Positions 13,036 to 25,419 of a stretch of 64,000 bases of DNA are shown here, piece by piece. The translations under genes and the position numbers were made by a program. The stretch is from Psammoneis japonica (Eukaryota). Position 1 is the stretch's first letter. Each line of letters starts with the position of its first letter. Under the pieces are notes generated by a model. The model was not told the origin of the DNA. It saw nothing but the letters and a program-made list of their open reading frames with translations, and did not search any database. The stretch covers positions 1-64,000 of the forward strand of contig QPGO01000044.1 in the NCBI GenBank assembly GCA_008632985.1. The letters are read 5' to 3'.

Positions 13036-13672
13036 TACGTACCCGTGAGCGGAGAAGAGGAGAACATCATTATTTCCTGTTTTGTTTATTATTTGTTACA
13101 TTCCATGATGCAACGTCAAAGCCCAAAATCACGTGAAGAAAAGCTTACTACATTAAAACTATATCAGTCGACTCGAAGCAGCGTCGGTAATCACAAATGC
13201 GGCACGCCAAGCTCTAATCTTAAGATCTACTAGAGTATACACGAATCCTTTTTCTTTCTTCATGCCGTACTAATCATTTTGTTGATTTTGAACTATTACC
13301 ACTGGTACGCCATGTTATGTGTTCCTTGGAAAGGAAGATTAGGTCCCTCTACTAGAGTGTAGGTTCTACAAGAACGCGCGTTGCCCACACAACAAAACGC
13401 GGCGAAAGTCACCCTTGCCAAGCACCAGCCCTACCTCACCAACACATAAGCTATTCTCAGTGTTACATCTCTGCAAAGAATTTGGCTTCACGAAAGCCCG
13501 TGACTTGGTCCATACTCAGTTGACTCGAGGCAGAGTCAGCAATGCAGCCGCCAATCTCGAGACTCTATGCCATATAACGTTAACTACTGACGTAGTACAC
13601 GATACGTAAAACTTCATCTTGAAACACTACCGGTATGTAATTATTATTCTCTTGATTCACGCTACCGTATTT

Positions 13673-14685
13673 CTAATATGCCATGTGTTCCTTGACAGAG
13701 GCCGGATCGACATTGCCCTCCTTGAATCGGTCCTTGGCAACAGCGGGTGGCTTCGGGGGTCCCTTAAGAAGCGTAGTCTTGCCAAGCGGTCCTTCACAGC
13801 TCACTTGTCCATTCATGGGCAGCGAGCCCCACTTGCCCATGGGTGGTGGCTTGCCTACCTTGCACGCTTCCAACAATTCAATCGTTGTTTTCGGCGTCAG
13901 GCATTCATAATAATCATCATTGAGCTGAATCATGGGAGCGTTGGCGCATGAGCCCAAACACTCAACCTCCAGTAGAGTAAAGAGCCCATCCTTGGTGGTT
14001 TCACCCTCCTTGATACCCAAATGATCCATAATTGTCTTTTTAATATCTTGCGCACCACAAATCATGCACGGCGTGGTGCCACACAGTTGAATAAAGTACT
14101 TGCCCACTTTTGTTCGGTTAAACATGGTGTAAAAGCTAGCAACCTCGTAGACACGAGCGGGATGCACGTCTACGATATCCGCCACCTTGTCCATGGCGGC
14201 TACCGGCAACCAACCGCCCGATTGGCGTTGTGCCAAATCCAAAAGGGGTATAATGCCGGATTGCTTGTAATTGGCAGGGTATTTAGAAAGAACCTTTATT
14301 GAATATAGTAGAAAGAAACGTGAGATTGTGAGCTCAAATAAGTAGAGAAAACAAAAAAAGCTATCGATGAATGATCATGACGCAAACTTACATTATCCAC
14401 CAGTTTGTAATTTTCTTCCGTGAAATCAAACTTCATTTCCCGGTTATTCTCGGGAGTGTTGAGATGCTATGGGAGAAAAAGAAAACATGATGTGATGAGT
14501 TTTGTGAGGCTGATTCATCACCGTAGAATTCTACGAGACATGTACCAGCAAGGGCAAATCCATGCAGTTTTCGTTCTTGTTTGTTGTTTACTTACAAAGG
14601 ATGCTGCCGTTCCCATGGTTCGTTGTTGCACATGGCGAGCTGCAAAACGGCGACAAGCACTCATGGTGCTTCGTGACGCCAACAT
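13673..14685 (-). CDS. NDUFV2: NADH:ubiquinone oxidoreductase 24-kDa subunit; exons 14685-14596, 14466-14392, 14293-13673
   Basis: YEVASFYTMF, CGTTPC and ECLGSCANAP 2Fe-2S motifs; mitochondrial-type leader; both GT-AG introns keep frame. Confidence 0.95.
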
Positions 14686-14941
14686 GGTGCTCTGCTTTAT
14701 CGACAGCGACGACAACGTACACAGTGCAGTCGATGTGTGTGTGTTGTTCGTTCGTGTTGAAAAAAGTGCGCATGAAAAAAATGTCCGTGAGAACGTGTGT
14801 CCGTGTACCCTTACCAGTGTATTTGTGGTAACCTTTTACCTCTGCATGGTTTTGAAATGTGGGATAGATTTATTCAAATACCTTAGTGAAGGAATAAACA
14901 TATACCATTTCACTCCACTGCGCGCATCACGCATCACGTCA

Positions 14942-14968
14942 TAGGGCCCTACTAGGGCCCTAGGGCCC
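14942..14968. promoter_or_regulatory. Three TAGGGCCC copies in the divergent NDUFV2 / nucleotide-sugar-transporter intergenic region
   Basis: Copies at 14942, 14953 and 14961; two form the palindrome TAGGGCCCTA. A regulatory role is inferred only. Confidence 0.35.
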
Positions 14969-15098
14969 CGACTAGCTAGGTAACATAACCGTCATTTTTT
15001 CTCGTTTTTGTCATTTTCAGGGTCATCTCAAATAATCTCAACGGCCAGTCGGTCCCATGTTTCCGTCATCCCTGCGGAGTCAAAAGGTTACCACCCCC

Positions 15099-16446
15099 AT
15101 GTCGGACAACAAAAACAACACCAAGGGCGACGATTCAACGACTGCCTCTCCTGATATTGTCAAAGAGAGTAGTACTGCAGACATGAAGGATGGTTCTTCG
15201 GGAAACAAAATGGCCACCTTTCGGTTGATTTTGCTAATTTTCATGGTTCTGCAGAATTCCTCGACGGTACTGGTGGGACGACACACACGTTCGTCCGTGC
15301 CTGAAGATCAACTCTATGTCGTGAATCATTTGATTTTGATTACAGAAGTTGGAAAGGTAAGAGGTGTTTTGTGTGTGTAGTAAAATCTACCGTACAGTGT
15401 GCAAAAACACGTATGGTACTTTGAGGTGAATAAAAACCCATCATTTGAAATTGCTGAAGCGCTAACTAACCAGTTTTCGTCGACTGTGCTCTGTTCTCTT
15501 TCGACACTGATCATATTATGTGACTTATGCTGAAAACAATGCAATATTCTAGTGTCTCTTGAGTTGTGTCTTTGAGCACTTTAGCACTGGTGGCCGTTTA
15601 TGGGAGAGTATTCAGCAAAACATTCTGGCCCGTCCCATGGATGCGCTCAAAATTTCGGTACCGGCCCTCTTGTATCTGGTACAAAATTCGCTACTCTACA
15701 CAGCGCTTTCCAACTTGTCTGCTCCCCTCTTTCAAGTTACCTATCAGTGCAAGCTCGTCACGACGGCGCTCGTTTCCGTACTCATGCTCGATCGCAAGTA
15801 CTCGTCCAAACAGTGGATTTGTCTCGTGGTGCTCAGTGTCGGCGTGGCTATTGTTGTGCTGGGAGAGTCATCCTCTGATAAAAAGCAGGAAATCAAGGAG
15901 GATGCTCCTGCTCAGTCGCTTGTGAAGGGATTGGTTGCCGTGTCGATTGCGTGCATGTCCAGTGCCTTGGCTGGCGTGTATTTTGAAAAGGTGCTGAAAA
16001 AGCCAGCTTCTGCGGAACAAGGACAAGCTCCACCCGTGAGTGTTTGGATGCGCAATATGCAATTGGCCTTTTTCAGCATGATTATTGCCGTTGTGCAGGG
16101 CGCCATGCAAGGCAACTCTTCCGAAGACGAAGAACCCAAGCCCTACTTTTATGGTTTTACCTTTTGGGTATGGATTCTTGTGGGCCTTCAAGCCGGTGGT
16201 GGATTGTTGGTGGCGGCCGTCATCAAGTACGCGGACAATGTCCTCAAGGGCCTTGCGACGGGTGTTTCCGTCGTTGTGGCTACCGCGTGCTCCACTCTAC
16301 TCTTTGGAACCATGCTTTCGGGACAGTTTCTCTTTGGGGCCAGCATGATTTTGACTTCTGTCTATCTATTTAGCAACAATGTTCCGGCGTTTTGTACCAA
16401 GAATTCGTCGGCTGTGGAAATGAAGCCTCTTGTGCTTCCAAAGTAA
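15099..16446 (+). CDS. SLC35A-family Golgi nucleotide-sugar transporter (UDP-Gal/CMP-Sia type); intron 15357-15552
   Basis: VPALLYLVQNSL, FQVTYQCKLVTTA, LAGVYFEKVLK, SVWMRNMQL, GGLLVAAVIKYADNVLKGLAT. Confidence 0.95.
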
Positions 16447-16802
16447 AAATAATTAAGAGTGTGTCTCTAGAGAAAAACAAGTGTTCCTACTAGCTAAACG
16501 TGAAAATCTCTCCAACTTGCGGGATGTTCTGAAGTTTTCCTCGTCTACCTCCATCCGCCATACCTACTACCTTCCACAGTTCATTTTGAAATGCATTTTC
16601 TTCCTCTGCTCGTTCCTATCTACTTTCGAGAGATAGAAATATTTGGCATCTTTCTCCTGATATCCGTCTGCCGGGATTTCCGTGGTTGCCGATCGATGCT
16701 ACTCTACTAGCGGCACGGATTCGTGAATCGGCGATCTATGAAGCTGCAATCTATCGGATATTAGATTCGATCTATGCAATCAGAAGAAAGACTGCAACAA
16801 TC

Positions 16803-18140
16803 TCACCCCCACATTGAGTCGAGGGCTTGCTCAAACTCGGTCAAGTTGACATAAGTAATGTCATGTGTTGAGTTTGATGCATACAAAATGTGGTGGTATT
16901 CTACCCATGGCGCTGAGTGATACATAGAGTAATAGGTTTTTCGAAATCTCTCCTTGGACGGCTTCTTTGGCGGCATGACCTGATAGGAACCCGGGCCAAT
17001 CAAAAACTCCAAGACTTGTGGTCTCCCAGATTGCTGCCTACAAAAGTCTTGCTCCAATGCACCCATCCACATGACGTTAGCAAAGGCCCCACCATGACCT
17101 CCAATGATTGTTTGTGCGAAACGAAATATCTCAAGCTGCTCGTCTAATGACATGGTGACATTGTTTTCCTTCATGCCATTATGCACAATCAATGTCTCGT
17201 GTCGCCCGTGTCGCTTCATGGCCCTTTTGATTACGGCAATCAAATCTGCCTCGTGCGTCGGATCGACTCGACGGCCATGACGAGCATCTGGCGCGTTTCG
17301 CGAAAGGTAAATGACGTACTTAGGTTTTGTACTGTTTGCGACGTGTTTCGCTTCTGCTACCCACCTTCGCAAAGAACGAAAGTATTCCTGATGCCTCAGT
17401 CTGTCGCCCTTGTTTACAATCGCCGTCAATGTGCCGCGCTTTATTCGAACATTGTCCTCTGGTTTCATCCAAACAACTCTCTCTGCGACAAACTGTGGAT
17501 CAATCCACTCCAAGAGCCTTCGCATAACGTCTGTTTCACATAGGAGCACCTTGCGAGGGAATCCTTTGGTAGTTTTCATTCGCTCTCGAAGCCATGCAAT
17601 AAACGGAAGGTGATCCATAACAACATGAGCAAATACCGTATGAAACCAACCAAAGTATGCGACATGATCCCCATGAAGCTCGAGTAGTCCTTTACTGCCT
17701 TTGCTGGTGTGTCTTGAAAAATCTACAGCTACGTGGTTGCTTTCTACTTCAAAAGAAAGTCGCCCATTCCTCTCAACATGCATCAAACGTTTCAACGTCT
17801 TTTTTCTTGAAGGCTGTCTTCCACTCCAACCAGGTAGTAATGATTTGTATTCTTCTTGCAACTCTTTACGTCCGTGAAGCGCTGGTCCACTCAGGGGATG
17901 GCAAACTCCCTTTTCACTTTTACTGACAGTAGGAGATGCTTTGGAAAAGGCGTTGGTGTTTTCATGAATCGCTCCTGATGGAGTCTTGATCGACTCGGTT
18001 GATGGCTTCAGTTTGTGGATCATTATTGCTTGGTTCCTTTTTGCAGAATCTACAAGCAGCAAAATCACGAAGAAAGGCATAGAGTATGTCAAAGCAATGC
18101 GTGTGCGCTTACTGGTTGAGAAGACAAAGCGTCTCATCAT
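16803..18140 (-). CDS. GT61/DUF563-like glycosyltransferase, type II membrane
   Basis: N-terminal TM, FAHVVMDHLP, IYLSR..RR, MSLDEQLEIFRFAQTIIGGHGGAFAN (GT61-type xHGAxxxN motif). Confidence 0.8.
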   Translation of the reverse strand: MMRRFVFSTSKRTRIALTYSMPFFVILLLVDSAKRNQAIMIHKLKPSTESIKTPSGAIHENTNAFSKASPTVSKSEKGVCHPLSGPALHGRKELQEEYKSLLPGWSGRQPSRKKTLKRLMHVERNGRLSFEVESNHVAVDFSRHTSKGSKGLLELHGDHVAYFGWFHTVFAHVVMDHLPFIAWLRERMKTTKGFPRKVLLCETDVMRRLLEWIDPQFVAERVVWMKPEDNVRIKRGTLTAIVNKGDRLRHQEYFRSLRRWVAEAKHVANSTKPKYVIYLSRNAPDARHGRRVDPTHEADLIAVIKRAMKRHGRHETLIVHNGMKENNVTMSLDEQLEIFRFAQTIIGGHGGAFANVMWMGALEQDFCRQQSGRPQVLEFLIGPGSYQVMPPKKPSKERFRKTYYSMYHSAPWVEYHHILYASNSTHDITYVNLTEFEQALDSMWG

Positions 18141-18605
18141 GCCAGGAGTTTCAATGAAGAAAACGATCTAAAAATAGAACCCCATAGGCAACCAGGACCT
18201 AGAAACGAGTGGAAAGATCTCTGTTGAAAACGAAGATATTCATAGATGAGAGAGGTTCGTTAGTTGAGCCCGTTGAGTTGGAATGTGAGATGCATGATGC
18301 ATGAGATGTAAGCCTCGCGGCGCTCGGCGGCAAGTTTGGATCGTACATAGATGTCTTCGTGATTCAATATTTTTTAATGTATTGGTGGCAGACACGACTC
18401 GACAAATTTGTTCACCAACGCTTCCGTTGGATGTGTCACATTTTTCAATTTTCTGCGCTTTACAGTACATGATGCACTGTTCGCCTCTAACGTCCCGGTT
18501 TACCACCACGTCGTCGCCAGACAGCATCTAAAACGACTTCCACAGCAATCACCATTCCAGGGCGCAACGAATACGACACAAACCGAGAGGTTGTGCGATT
18601 GGCTC

Positions 18606-19910
18606 ATGAAGCACTATATCTTTCTGAGTTTTCTCCATGCGTTTGTCATATTCCATCTGCTTGTCTCTAATACGCAGTATCAAACATCGGATTTCACGAC
18701 GTCGCCGCCACCCCGATTGGTAGTGACACAATCACGGCGCAAAACTAGTGAGACGTCCCTCTTGTCCGAAATGCTTTTAGCCTCCGGCAGCAATGACAAG
18801 TCAGTTTGCCACCCCCTAAGTAAAGCTCCTCTCCATGGCCACCAAGAGTTACAGAAAGCATATAAATCCGACTTGCCAAAATTAGGAGGAGGGCACATCT
18901 CAGGACGAACATCATTAGCAAGCTTGGTGCATGTCGAGAAAAATGGACAATTATCATTTGAAATAGAGAGCAATCACGTGGATGTGGATTTTTCGAGGAG
19001 GAATACAAAAGGCGATGTACTCAAGCTCCACGGCGATCACGTTGCGTATTTTGGCTGGTATCACAAGGTGTATTCACATGTTGTTATGGATCACCTTCCG
19101 TTTATTGCATGGCTAAGAGAGAAACTGATAGCCAGTGGAGACACTTCCACCAAGTTGCTTTTGTGTAAGACGCGCGTCACACGGGGACTGTTGAGGTGGC
19201 TTGATCCGCAATTTGTTGACAAACGCGTTGTTTGGATGACACCCGGGACGAAGGTTCAAGTTGAAAATGGCACGCTGTATACTGTTGTGAACGAGAATGA
19301 AATGCTCAGGCATCAACGATATTTCCGTTCACTACGAAGATGGGCCGGAGAATCGAAGCGAACCGGAAACGGAAATCAAAACTACATTGTCTATGTGTCA
19401 CGAAACGCCCCAGATGCTCGTCATGGCCGCCGAATAGACCCAATCCATGAAAAAGATTTGCTCTCTATACTGAAAAAGGCAATGAAACGACACGGACGAA
19501 ATGAGACATTAATTGTGCATAATGGTATGAAGGAAGTCAACGGAACAAACACCACGATGACATTGGATGAACAGTTTGAATTGTTTCGGTCGGCCAAAAC
19601 AGTCATCGGAGGCCATGGAGGTGCCTTTGCTAATGTCATGTGGATGGGTTGGCTAAAACGAGATATTTGTAAACGAGGGACTAGGCCTCAAGTCTTGGAG
19701 TTTTTGATTGGTCCGGGGTCGTATCAGGTTCAGCCAGCACGGGCAAACACAAAGTCAAAGGAGAGATTTCGAAAGAGCTATTATGCCTTATACCACTCGG
19801 CGCCATGGGTGCAGTATCATCATATTTTGTACGCATCGAACTCGACGAGTAATGTCACCTACGTCAACTTGACGGAGTTCAAGCAAGCACTGGATTCGAT
19901 GTGGGGGTGA
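18606..19910 (+). CDS. GT61/DUF563-like glycosyltransferase, paralog of 16803-18140
   Basis: Same motifs (YSHVVMDHLP, VIGGHGGAFAN) and near-identical C-terminus VNLTEFKQALDSMWG. First ATG before the TM is at 18606. Confidence 0.8.
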   Translation: MKHYIFLSFLHAFVIFHLLVSNTQYQTSDFTTSPPPRLVVTQSRRKTSETSLLSEMLLASGSNDKSVCHPLSKAPLHGHQELQKAYKSDLPKLGGGHISGRTSLASLVHVEKNGQLSFEIESNHVDVDFSRRNTKGDVLKLHGDHVAYFGWYHKVYSHVVMDHLPFIAWLREKLIASGDTSTKLLLCKTRVTRGLLRWLDPQFVDKRVVWMTPGTKVQVENGTLYTVVNENEMLRHQRYFRSLRRWAGESKRTGNGNQNYIVYVSRNAPDARHGRRIDPIHEKDLLSILKKAMKRHGRNETLIVHNGMKEVNGTNTTMTLDEQFELFRSAKTVIGGHGGAFANVMWMGWLKRDICKRGTRPQVLEFLIGPGSYQVQPARANTKSKERFRKSYYALYHSAPWVQYHHILYASNSTSNVTYVNLTEFKQALDSMWG

Positions 19911-20541
19911 TGGTTCTTGCGACAATTTTCGTCTTGCATTGATTGAATCTGCAAGCCGGAATACACACAGATATTTTTTTTCTACTCTTTTTTCAATGTC
20001 ATACTGTAACTCTACAATCATTTCATTTACTGGACTACACACCATCTCTATTGTAGCAGAGAGAGCAACTTCACAAGACGTTACGTGTTACTCTACTTTC
20101 TCCTCTGTAGTTGCCTCTGCGGAAGAGAACGGCGGAGAACCACAAGGATGGTAGTTGGGAGTGATAGCAAGAGGTTCCGTTGTCTATGCAGCTCACGTAC
20201 AGACCTCCCTATAGTGCGTTCTACTCCTTGTTTTCTTACAATTCAGTTCAAGGACCAAGCTTGAATAGCCTCGCAACGCATGGAGAAAGGTTGACTGTAG
20301 TCTACTCTAGCTAGTGGAGGGCCCTACCGTAGGTGGCCCATGGTGGCGGTAAGGATTTGGGTGGCGGAACACGACTGAATGCCAACGCACAACGCACATT
20401 ATTTTTTTGGAACACACAAAAACGCAACGACCATTCTACAAAGAACACAGCTTCAAGCTAGCTAAACTTTCATTGATTTCAACGAAGAAGCCTTTGTCGA
20501 ATGCCGCTGTCGTACTTCTAGTAATCCAACGTCAGTGAAAA

Positions 20542-21576
20542 ATGGTTACAAATGTCGATCAAGATCAGAACTGGCGACGCTGCAGCCTGCTAAGACGCGA
20601 TGTAATTTATGCACTGACTGGATTCGTTCTGGTGCTCAATTCATTCACCTTCGACGAAACCTCGAGAGCCTTCGGCAACACACAAGGAAAGTTCACTATT
20701 TCATTATTCTCCGCGTCTCAATATACGCTCCCGAAGAATTACGATGGTTCCATTCCGTCTATTGAAAACCCCTTCATTTTCTTTCATCAGCGCAAAGCGG
20801 GAGGCTCCACAGTTCAAAAAGAAATCAATCGTACAGCATCAGAGCTGAATCTAACGAAGTTTCTCTCGTGCTATTCTGGAGTCAGCTGTCAGACTTACTA
20901 CCCACCCCAGACACAACATGCAGAGCCTGTTCCAATCTATGGTGGTCATCTACATTACCCTGCCTTTCAGAAAACTCTTTATCTTCTGCACAATAAACAA
21001 CATGCTACTGCCATGATTAACCCCCCATCGCACCGGTTCACATGCTTTACGATGTTTCGAGAGCCAGTTTCAAGAATTCAATCCTGCTGGAACTATCGAA
21101 TGGTCCAAGTTCACGCCAATGGTGCAAATGTTTCAACAGCTCCAAAGCTGTCCTCAATACACCCAAACAAAATCAAGGCATATTTAGTGAAGGCCAGGTC
21201 TCAATATGGTGAAGGATGTTTAAACGAACCCATGCGAATATTTAGTCTTTTTGGGAATGATGAGGCGGCGTTGAATCGACTTCATGAAAAACCTCTCAGT
21301 CAGATAGAGCTTGCAATGAACCAAACCATGGAGCGCGTCAGTAAGTGTGTAGTAGGTATTTTAGAACGATGCGAAGACACCACCAAGGCTCTGGAGAAGT
21401 ACCTTCCATTTTTTGCCCCCTACTTTTCATGCACGGAACATGCAAACGACGGAAAAGTTGCAAAGAACGAGCTGAACGCGACACAGGTGAAAGCCATTCG
21501 AGATTTGACTGTTTACGAGGATCATGTCTATCAAGCAGCTAACAAAATTTTGGACATTCAAAGCTCAAGTCATTAA
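20542..21576 (+). CDS. Golgi-type sulfotransferase
   Basis: N-terminal TM; 5'-PAPS-binding FFHQRKAGGST; 3'-PAPS-binding TMFREPVSRIQSCWNY; VGILER. Confidence 0.85.
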   Translation: MVTNVDQDQNWRRCSLLRRDVIYALTGFVLVLNSFTFDETSRAFGNTQGKFTISLFSASQYTLPKNYDGSIPSIENPFIFFHQRKAGGSTVQKEINRTASELNLTKFLSCYSGVSCQTYYPPQTQHAEPVPIYGGHLHYPAFQKTLYLLHNKQHATAMINPPSHRFTCFTMFREPVSRIQSCWNYRMVQVHANGANVSTAPKLSSIHPNKIKAYLVKARSQYGEGCLNEPMRIFSLFGNDEAALNRLHEKPLSQIELAMNQTMERVSKCVVGILERCEDTTKALEKYLPFFAPYFSCTEHANDGKVAKNELNATQVKAIRDLTVYEDHVYQAANKILDIQSSSH

Positions 21577-22459
21577 TGGCGTGCATTAGACGGCTATAAT
21601 TGTGTAAAACTAATCATTACCTGCTGTTTGTCAGTGGCAGACGTTATCCACAAATCTCTACCACAGATTTTCTATGAAATAATAGTGAAAATTGTGTTCT
21701 GTACGGGTTGCCGCTCAATGACAGGACAGACGAGACTCCGTGCTTTTTGTCCACCAATCGCTGTCATCAGCCTTCTTGAGTTCGCTCAATGTCGTTTGAC
21801 AACTGGGACGACATTGAGTCGGGTTGTGACTGGGCCTCGTTTCTAGCAGCGACCGTGTCTTTCTTTTTCGTTATGGAGTTTCTTTGGGTCTAAAATATCA
21901 TCCTGCTCTGATTCGAAGACACCGCCAAGGCTCTGGAGAAGTACCTTCCATTTTTTTTTCCCCCTACTTTTCATGCTCAGAACACGCGAATGACGGAAAA
22001 GTTGCAAAGAAGCAGCTGAACGCGACACAGGTGAAAGCCATTCGAGTTTTGACTGTTTACGAGGATCGTGTCTATCAAGCAGCTAACAGAATTTTGGACA
22101 TTCAAAGCTAAGTCATTAATGGCGTGCATTAGACGACTATAATTGTGTAAAACTCATCATTACCTGCTGTTTGTCAGTGGCAGACGTTATCCACAAATCT
22201 TTACCACAGATTTTCTATGAAATACTCTTGAAAATTGTGTTCTGTAGGGGTTGCCGCTCAATGACAGCACAGACGAGACTCCGAGCTTTTTGTACACCAA
22301 TCGCAGTCATCAGCCTTCTTGAGTTCGCTAAATGTCGTTTGACAACTGGGACGACGATGAGTCGGGTTGTGACTGGGCCTCGTTTCTAGCAGCGACCGTG
22401 TCTTTCTTTTTCGTTATGGTGTTTCCTTGGGCATCTAAAATATCATCCAGCTCTGATTC
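21372..22459. repeat. Tandem direct duplication, about 543-545 bp per unit (21372-21914; 21915-22459)
   Basis: Both units start (c)gaagacacc.ccaaggctctggagaagtacc and end ...ctctgattc. High identity, with scattered substitutions and small indels. Confidence 0.95.
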
Positions 22460-24660
22460 AATGCGCGCTGCAGACAGCAGATTTGGAGGAGGGAAAAACC
22501 TTCCTTTCTTTCCATCCGATGAAGCATTGCTCATAGCAGATGAACTGTCTTCGTCGTACATAACACTTGACAAAGATACCCCGTAGACAATGCTTGCTCC
22601 ATCTTGATAGTACGAATAAACGGATTGCTCGCTCTCCATATCTTTGACCACTACACTATTACTGATGTCAAAGTTCTTCTGCTCCATTGGATTCTGTCCA
22701 CTTCCCGAGTCAGCTGTAATGTGTGAGCCGTTATCATTTCCGTCATTCTTTTTTTCAACCGCAGTACTTTCCTTCATAGCTCGTTCTTCTCTTCGAAGCC
22801 GCACAATCACAGTCGTCAAGAAGACAATGACTCCCACACCACAGACGATTGCCAGGGAAACACCAACTTCGGCGGTCCCACTCATTCCCGTCGTGTCTTC
22901 TTCATTTGTGCCTCCGTCGCTACCAAAGGGATCAGTGTATTCATCCAAGGTCAGTGTGATCTTTGTTGTAGATGACAAGGTCTGATCATCTGATTTTTGA
23001 ACCTTCAAGAGAAACTCTCGACTCTTTAGGGCTTCAAAGGTGGCTTGTTGAAGCTCATTTTCTGAGGGTTGTCGAGAGTAGAAGAACACCCGGCCAAAGA
23101 GCTTTTCAGATACCACGGTCGCAATCTTCTCCATCTGCACTCGTCCCTTTGACAGTACAAGTAACTGAAGGGCAACAGCAGGTTCAGACAGGGTGGCATT
23201 GTAGTACTCCAATAAGTGCGGATGCACAACATCATACAGTGCATCGGAGACACTGTTCCCAACCTCAGCGGACTTGAACAAGCTATCGCTCTTTTGCATT
23301 GCAAGGCCCAACACAACAGGGGCAAGCTCAATAGATAGCAGATCACCGGATTCAATTGTACCCTGCGTGGGCCGTGGTGACGACAGCTGCGTGGGTGCCG
23401 GAGTGACCGTTACCGTAGGTCCCTTTGAACTTTGAGAAGGCGATGGCGTGTCTACATGTTTAGGCTTTGCGGTAGGCTTTGTAGCTACCGGTATGGGTGA
23501 GACTTGTGTGGGCAATGGCGACGGCGTTTCTACATGCTGAGGCTTTTCGGTAGGTTTATAGGTAGGTTTGGGCCAGACTTGTGTGGGCAATGGCGATGGC
23601 TTGTCTGAAGTTTTAGGCATTTCGGTAGTCTTGGGAATTTGTGTTGATGGCACTGGTGTAGACAGAAAAGAGGGCATAGGGGTTGCGGGAGGTGTTGCAG
23701 TTGTCGGGGTCTCTGTAGTTGTCACCGTAGAAGGTGAGGAAGTTTGAACGGATGTCGGATTTGCAGAAGGCTTCCTCGTGGTGGGTTCTTCCGTACCAAG
23801 AAGGGAACAAGTCTTGTGAGTGCTAATGGACAGTCGCAAAGCCATAATGGCTTAAAGATGATGTTAATCAAAATACGGTACTCACCAGCAGAAGGTCTTG
23901 GTGTAGGTTTGGATGAAGGTCTTGGTGTAGGTTTGGATGTAGGTCTTGGAGTATGGAGTGAGGTTGGTGCCGGCGTTAAAGCTTTTGAAGGTCCCGGAGT
24001 TGGAGGTGGCGGAGGAGGCAAGGTTGACTGCAACGTGGGCGGAGGAGTGCGTGCTGCATCACAAGATTGGGGGGGATAATCTTGTTAGTGTTTCTGTGTG
24101 CACAAGCAAAGGCGATTTCATCACATAAACCAAACTAAACTTAAAGTACATACGTGCAGTTGGACGCCCGGTTGGCTGAAAAGTCTGATCTGGCGCATTT
24201 TTAGTGCCTTTGCAAGCATCCGTATCCGCGCAAAAACCCCAATCCTTTCCATTTTCGAGGAAACACCACAAAAATCCGCTTTCGCTAACGCATCTGTCTG
24301 TATATTGAACTCCGTTATAAAAAAATGGAAATCCGCACTCTTTGTCGAACTTTTCCTTTTGATTTGTCGTCTCGTAACAAATACCTGTTTCGAAGAAATC
24401 GAAAGGAAACCTGCACGCTTTGTTTTTGTTTTACTTGCATAACAAATTCCTGTGTTGAAGTTATTGAAAGTGTTGTGAGAAATTCATGATGTAGCTCATT
24501 CTGATGCAGAAATGTAGAGCAACAAATGGAGCCCACCTTCTTCGTCTTTTTTCAAATCGCGAGACACCAGACTTCGGAGCTTCCGGTCTGCAGAACCATT
24601 GGAAGCCGCCTTGCCCAAACAGGATGCAATTGTCAGGGTAAAAATCACGGGAACTCTCAT
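22328..24660 (-). CDS. Single-pass cell-surface protein: signal peptide, FN2-like domain, Pro/Thr-rich mucin stalk, TM; exons 24660-24537, 24384-24154, 24053-23886, 23787-22328
   Basis: MRVPVIFTLTIASCLG signal; exon 2 encodes CGFPFFYNGVQYTDRCVSESGFLWCFLENGKDWGFC; PT repeats; TM VSLAIVCGVGVIVFLTTVIV. Three phase-1 GT-AG introns give a continuous frame. Confidence 0.75.
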
Positions 24661-25419
24661 CGTAACCACAGTATCCAAAAGTAGAAGCTTTGGTGGTAAG
24701 AAAGAAAATGTGAAAGCGAAATGCCATGAAGGATGGATAACAGGGCCCTGCAGTACGACGCTCAAGCCCGCGTGCGTTGAATTCGAAAATTTGAAAATCT
24801 CGAGTCCCGCCAGTGAATCCCGCAGGGAGCTGCTGGAAAAAACGATTGTGCCGGCAACACGCAGCCACGTGGTCCTGCGCGTTGGGCACAGACAGACGCC
24901 ACCCGCAGCAGCACATGCCGCCATGCCATGCACTGCATTGCCACAGATGCCCAACACCAAAATCACAGTCTCGATGTGAAAAAAGCCTTCCATGACACCA
25001 ATGTTGTCTGACTTCATTTCCAAAAGCATTCGCTTGTCCACTCGCGCCGGTGAATTTCAAGATTCTCTCGCTCGCTCGCTCAAGAGCCCAACGACAACCA
25101 AAAAAGCACAAAAGCCCGAAACAATTGAGTCAGGTCCCATGGTCAGACACACCCAGCATGAGGAATTGCAGACAAGCTGGCCAGGCAGATGACAATGTAC
25201 AGTGTGACGCTGGGGCAACAAGCAGGCACAACAATTTTGTCATCGGTGCATTTTCAAATTTCCCGCCACATGCATCACGTGGTGCACGACAGTCTCCAAG
25301 TCAGTTCTCAGCTGGTTCTCTTTTCTTCTGCTCACTCGTGAGAGCATTGCAGCAATGACGAGATCAAGAAATGTTCACGGCAACAATGCTTCCACAAAAA
25401 AATGCTTTTTGCTGTTGTT

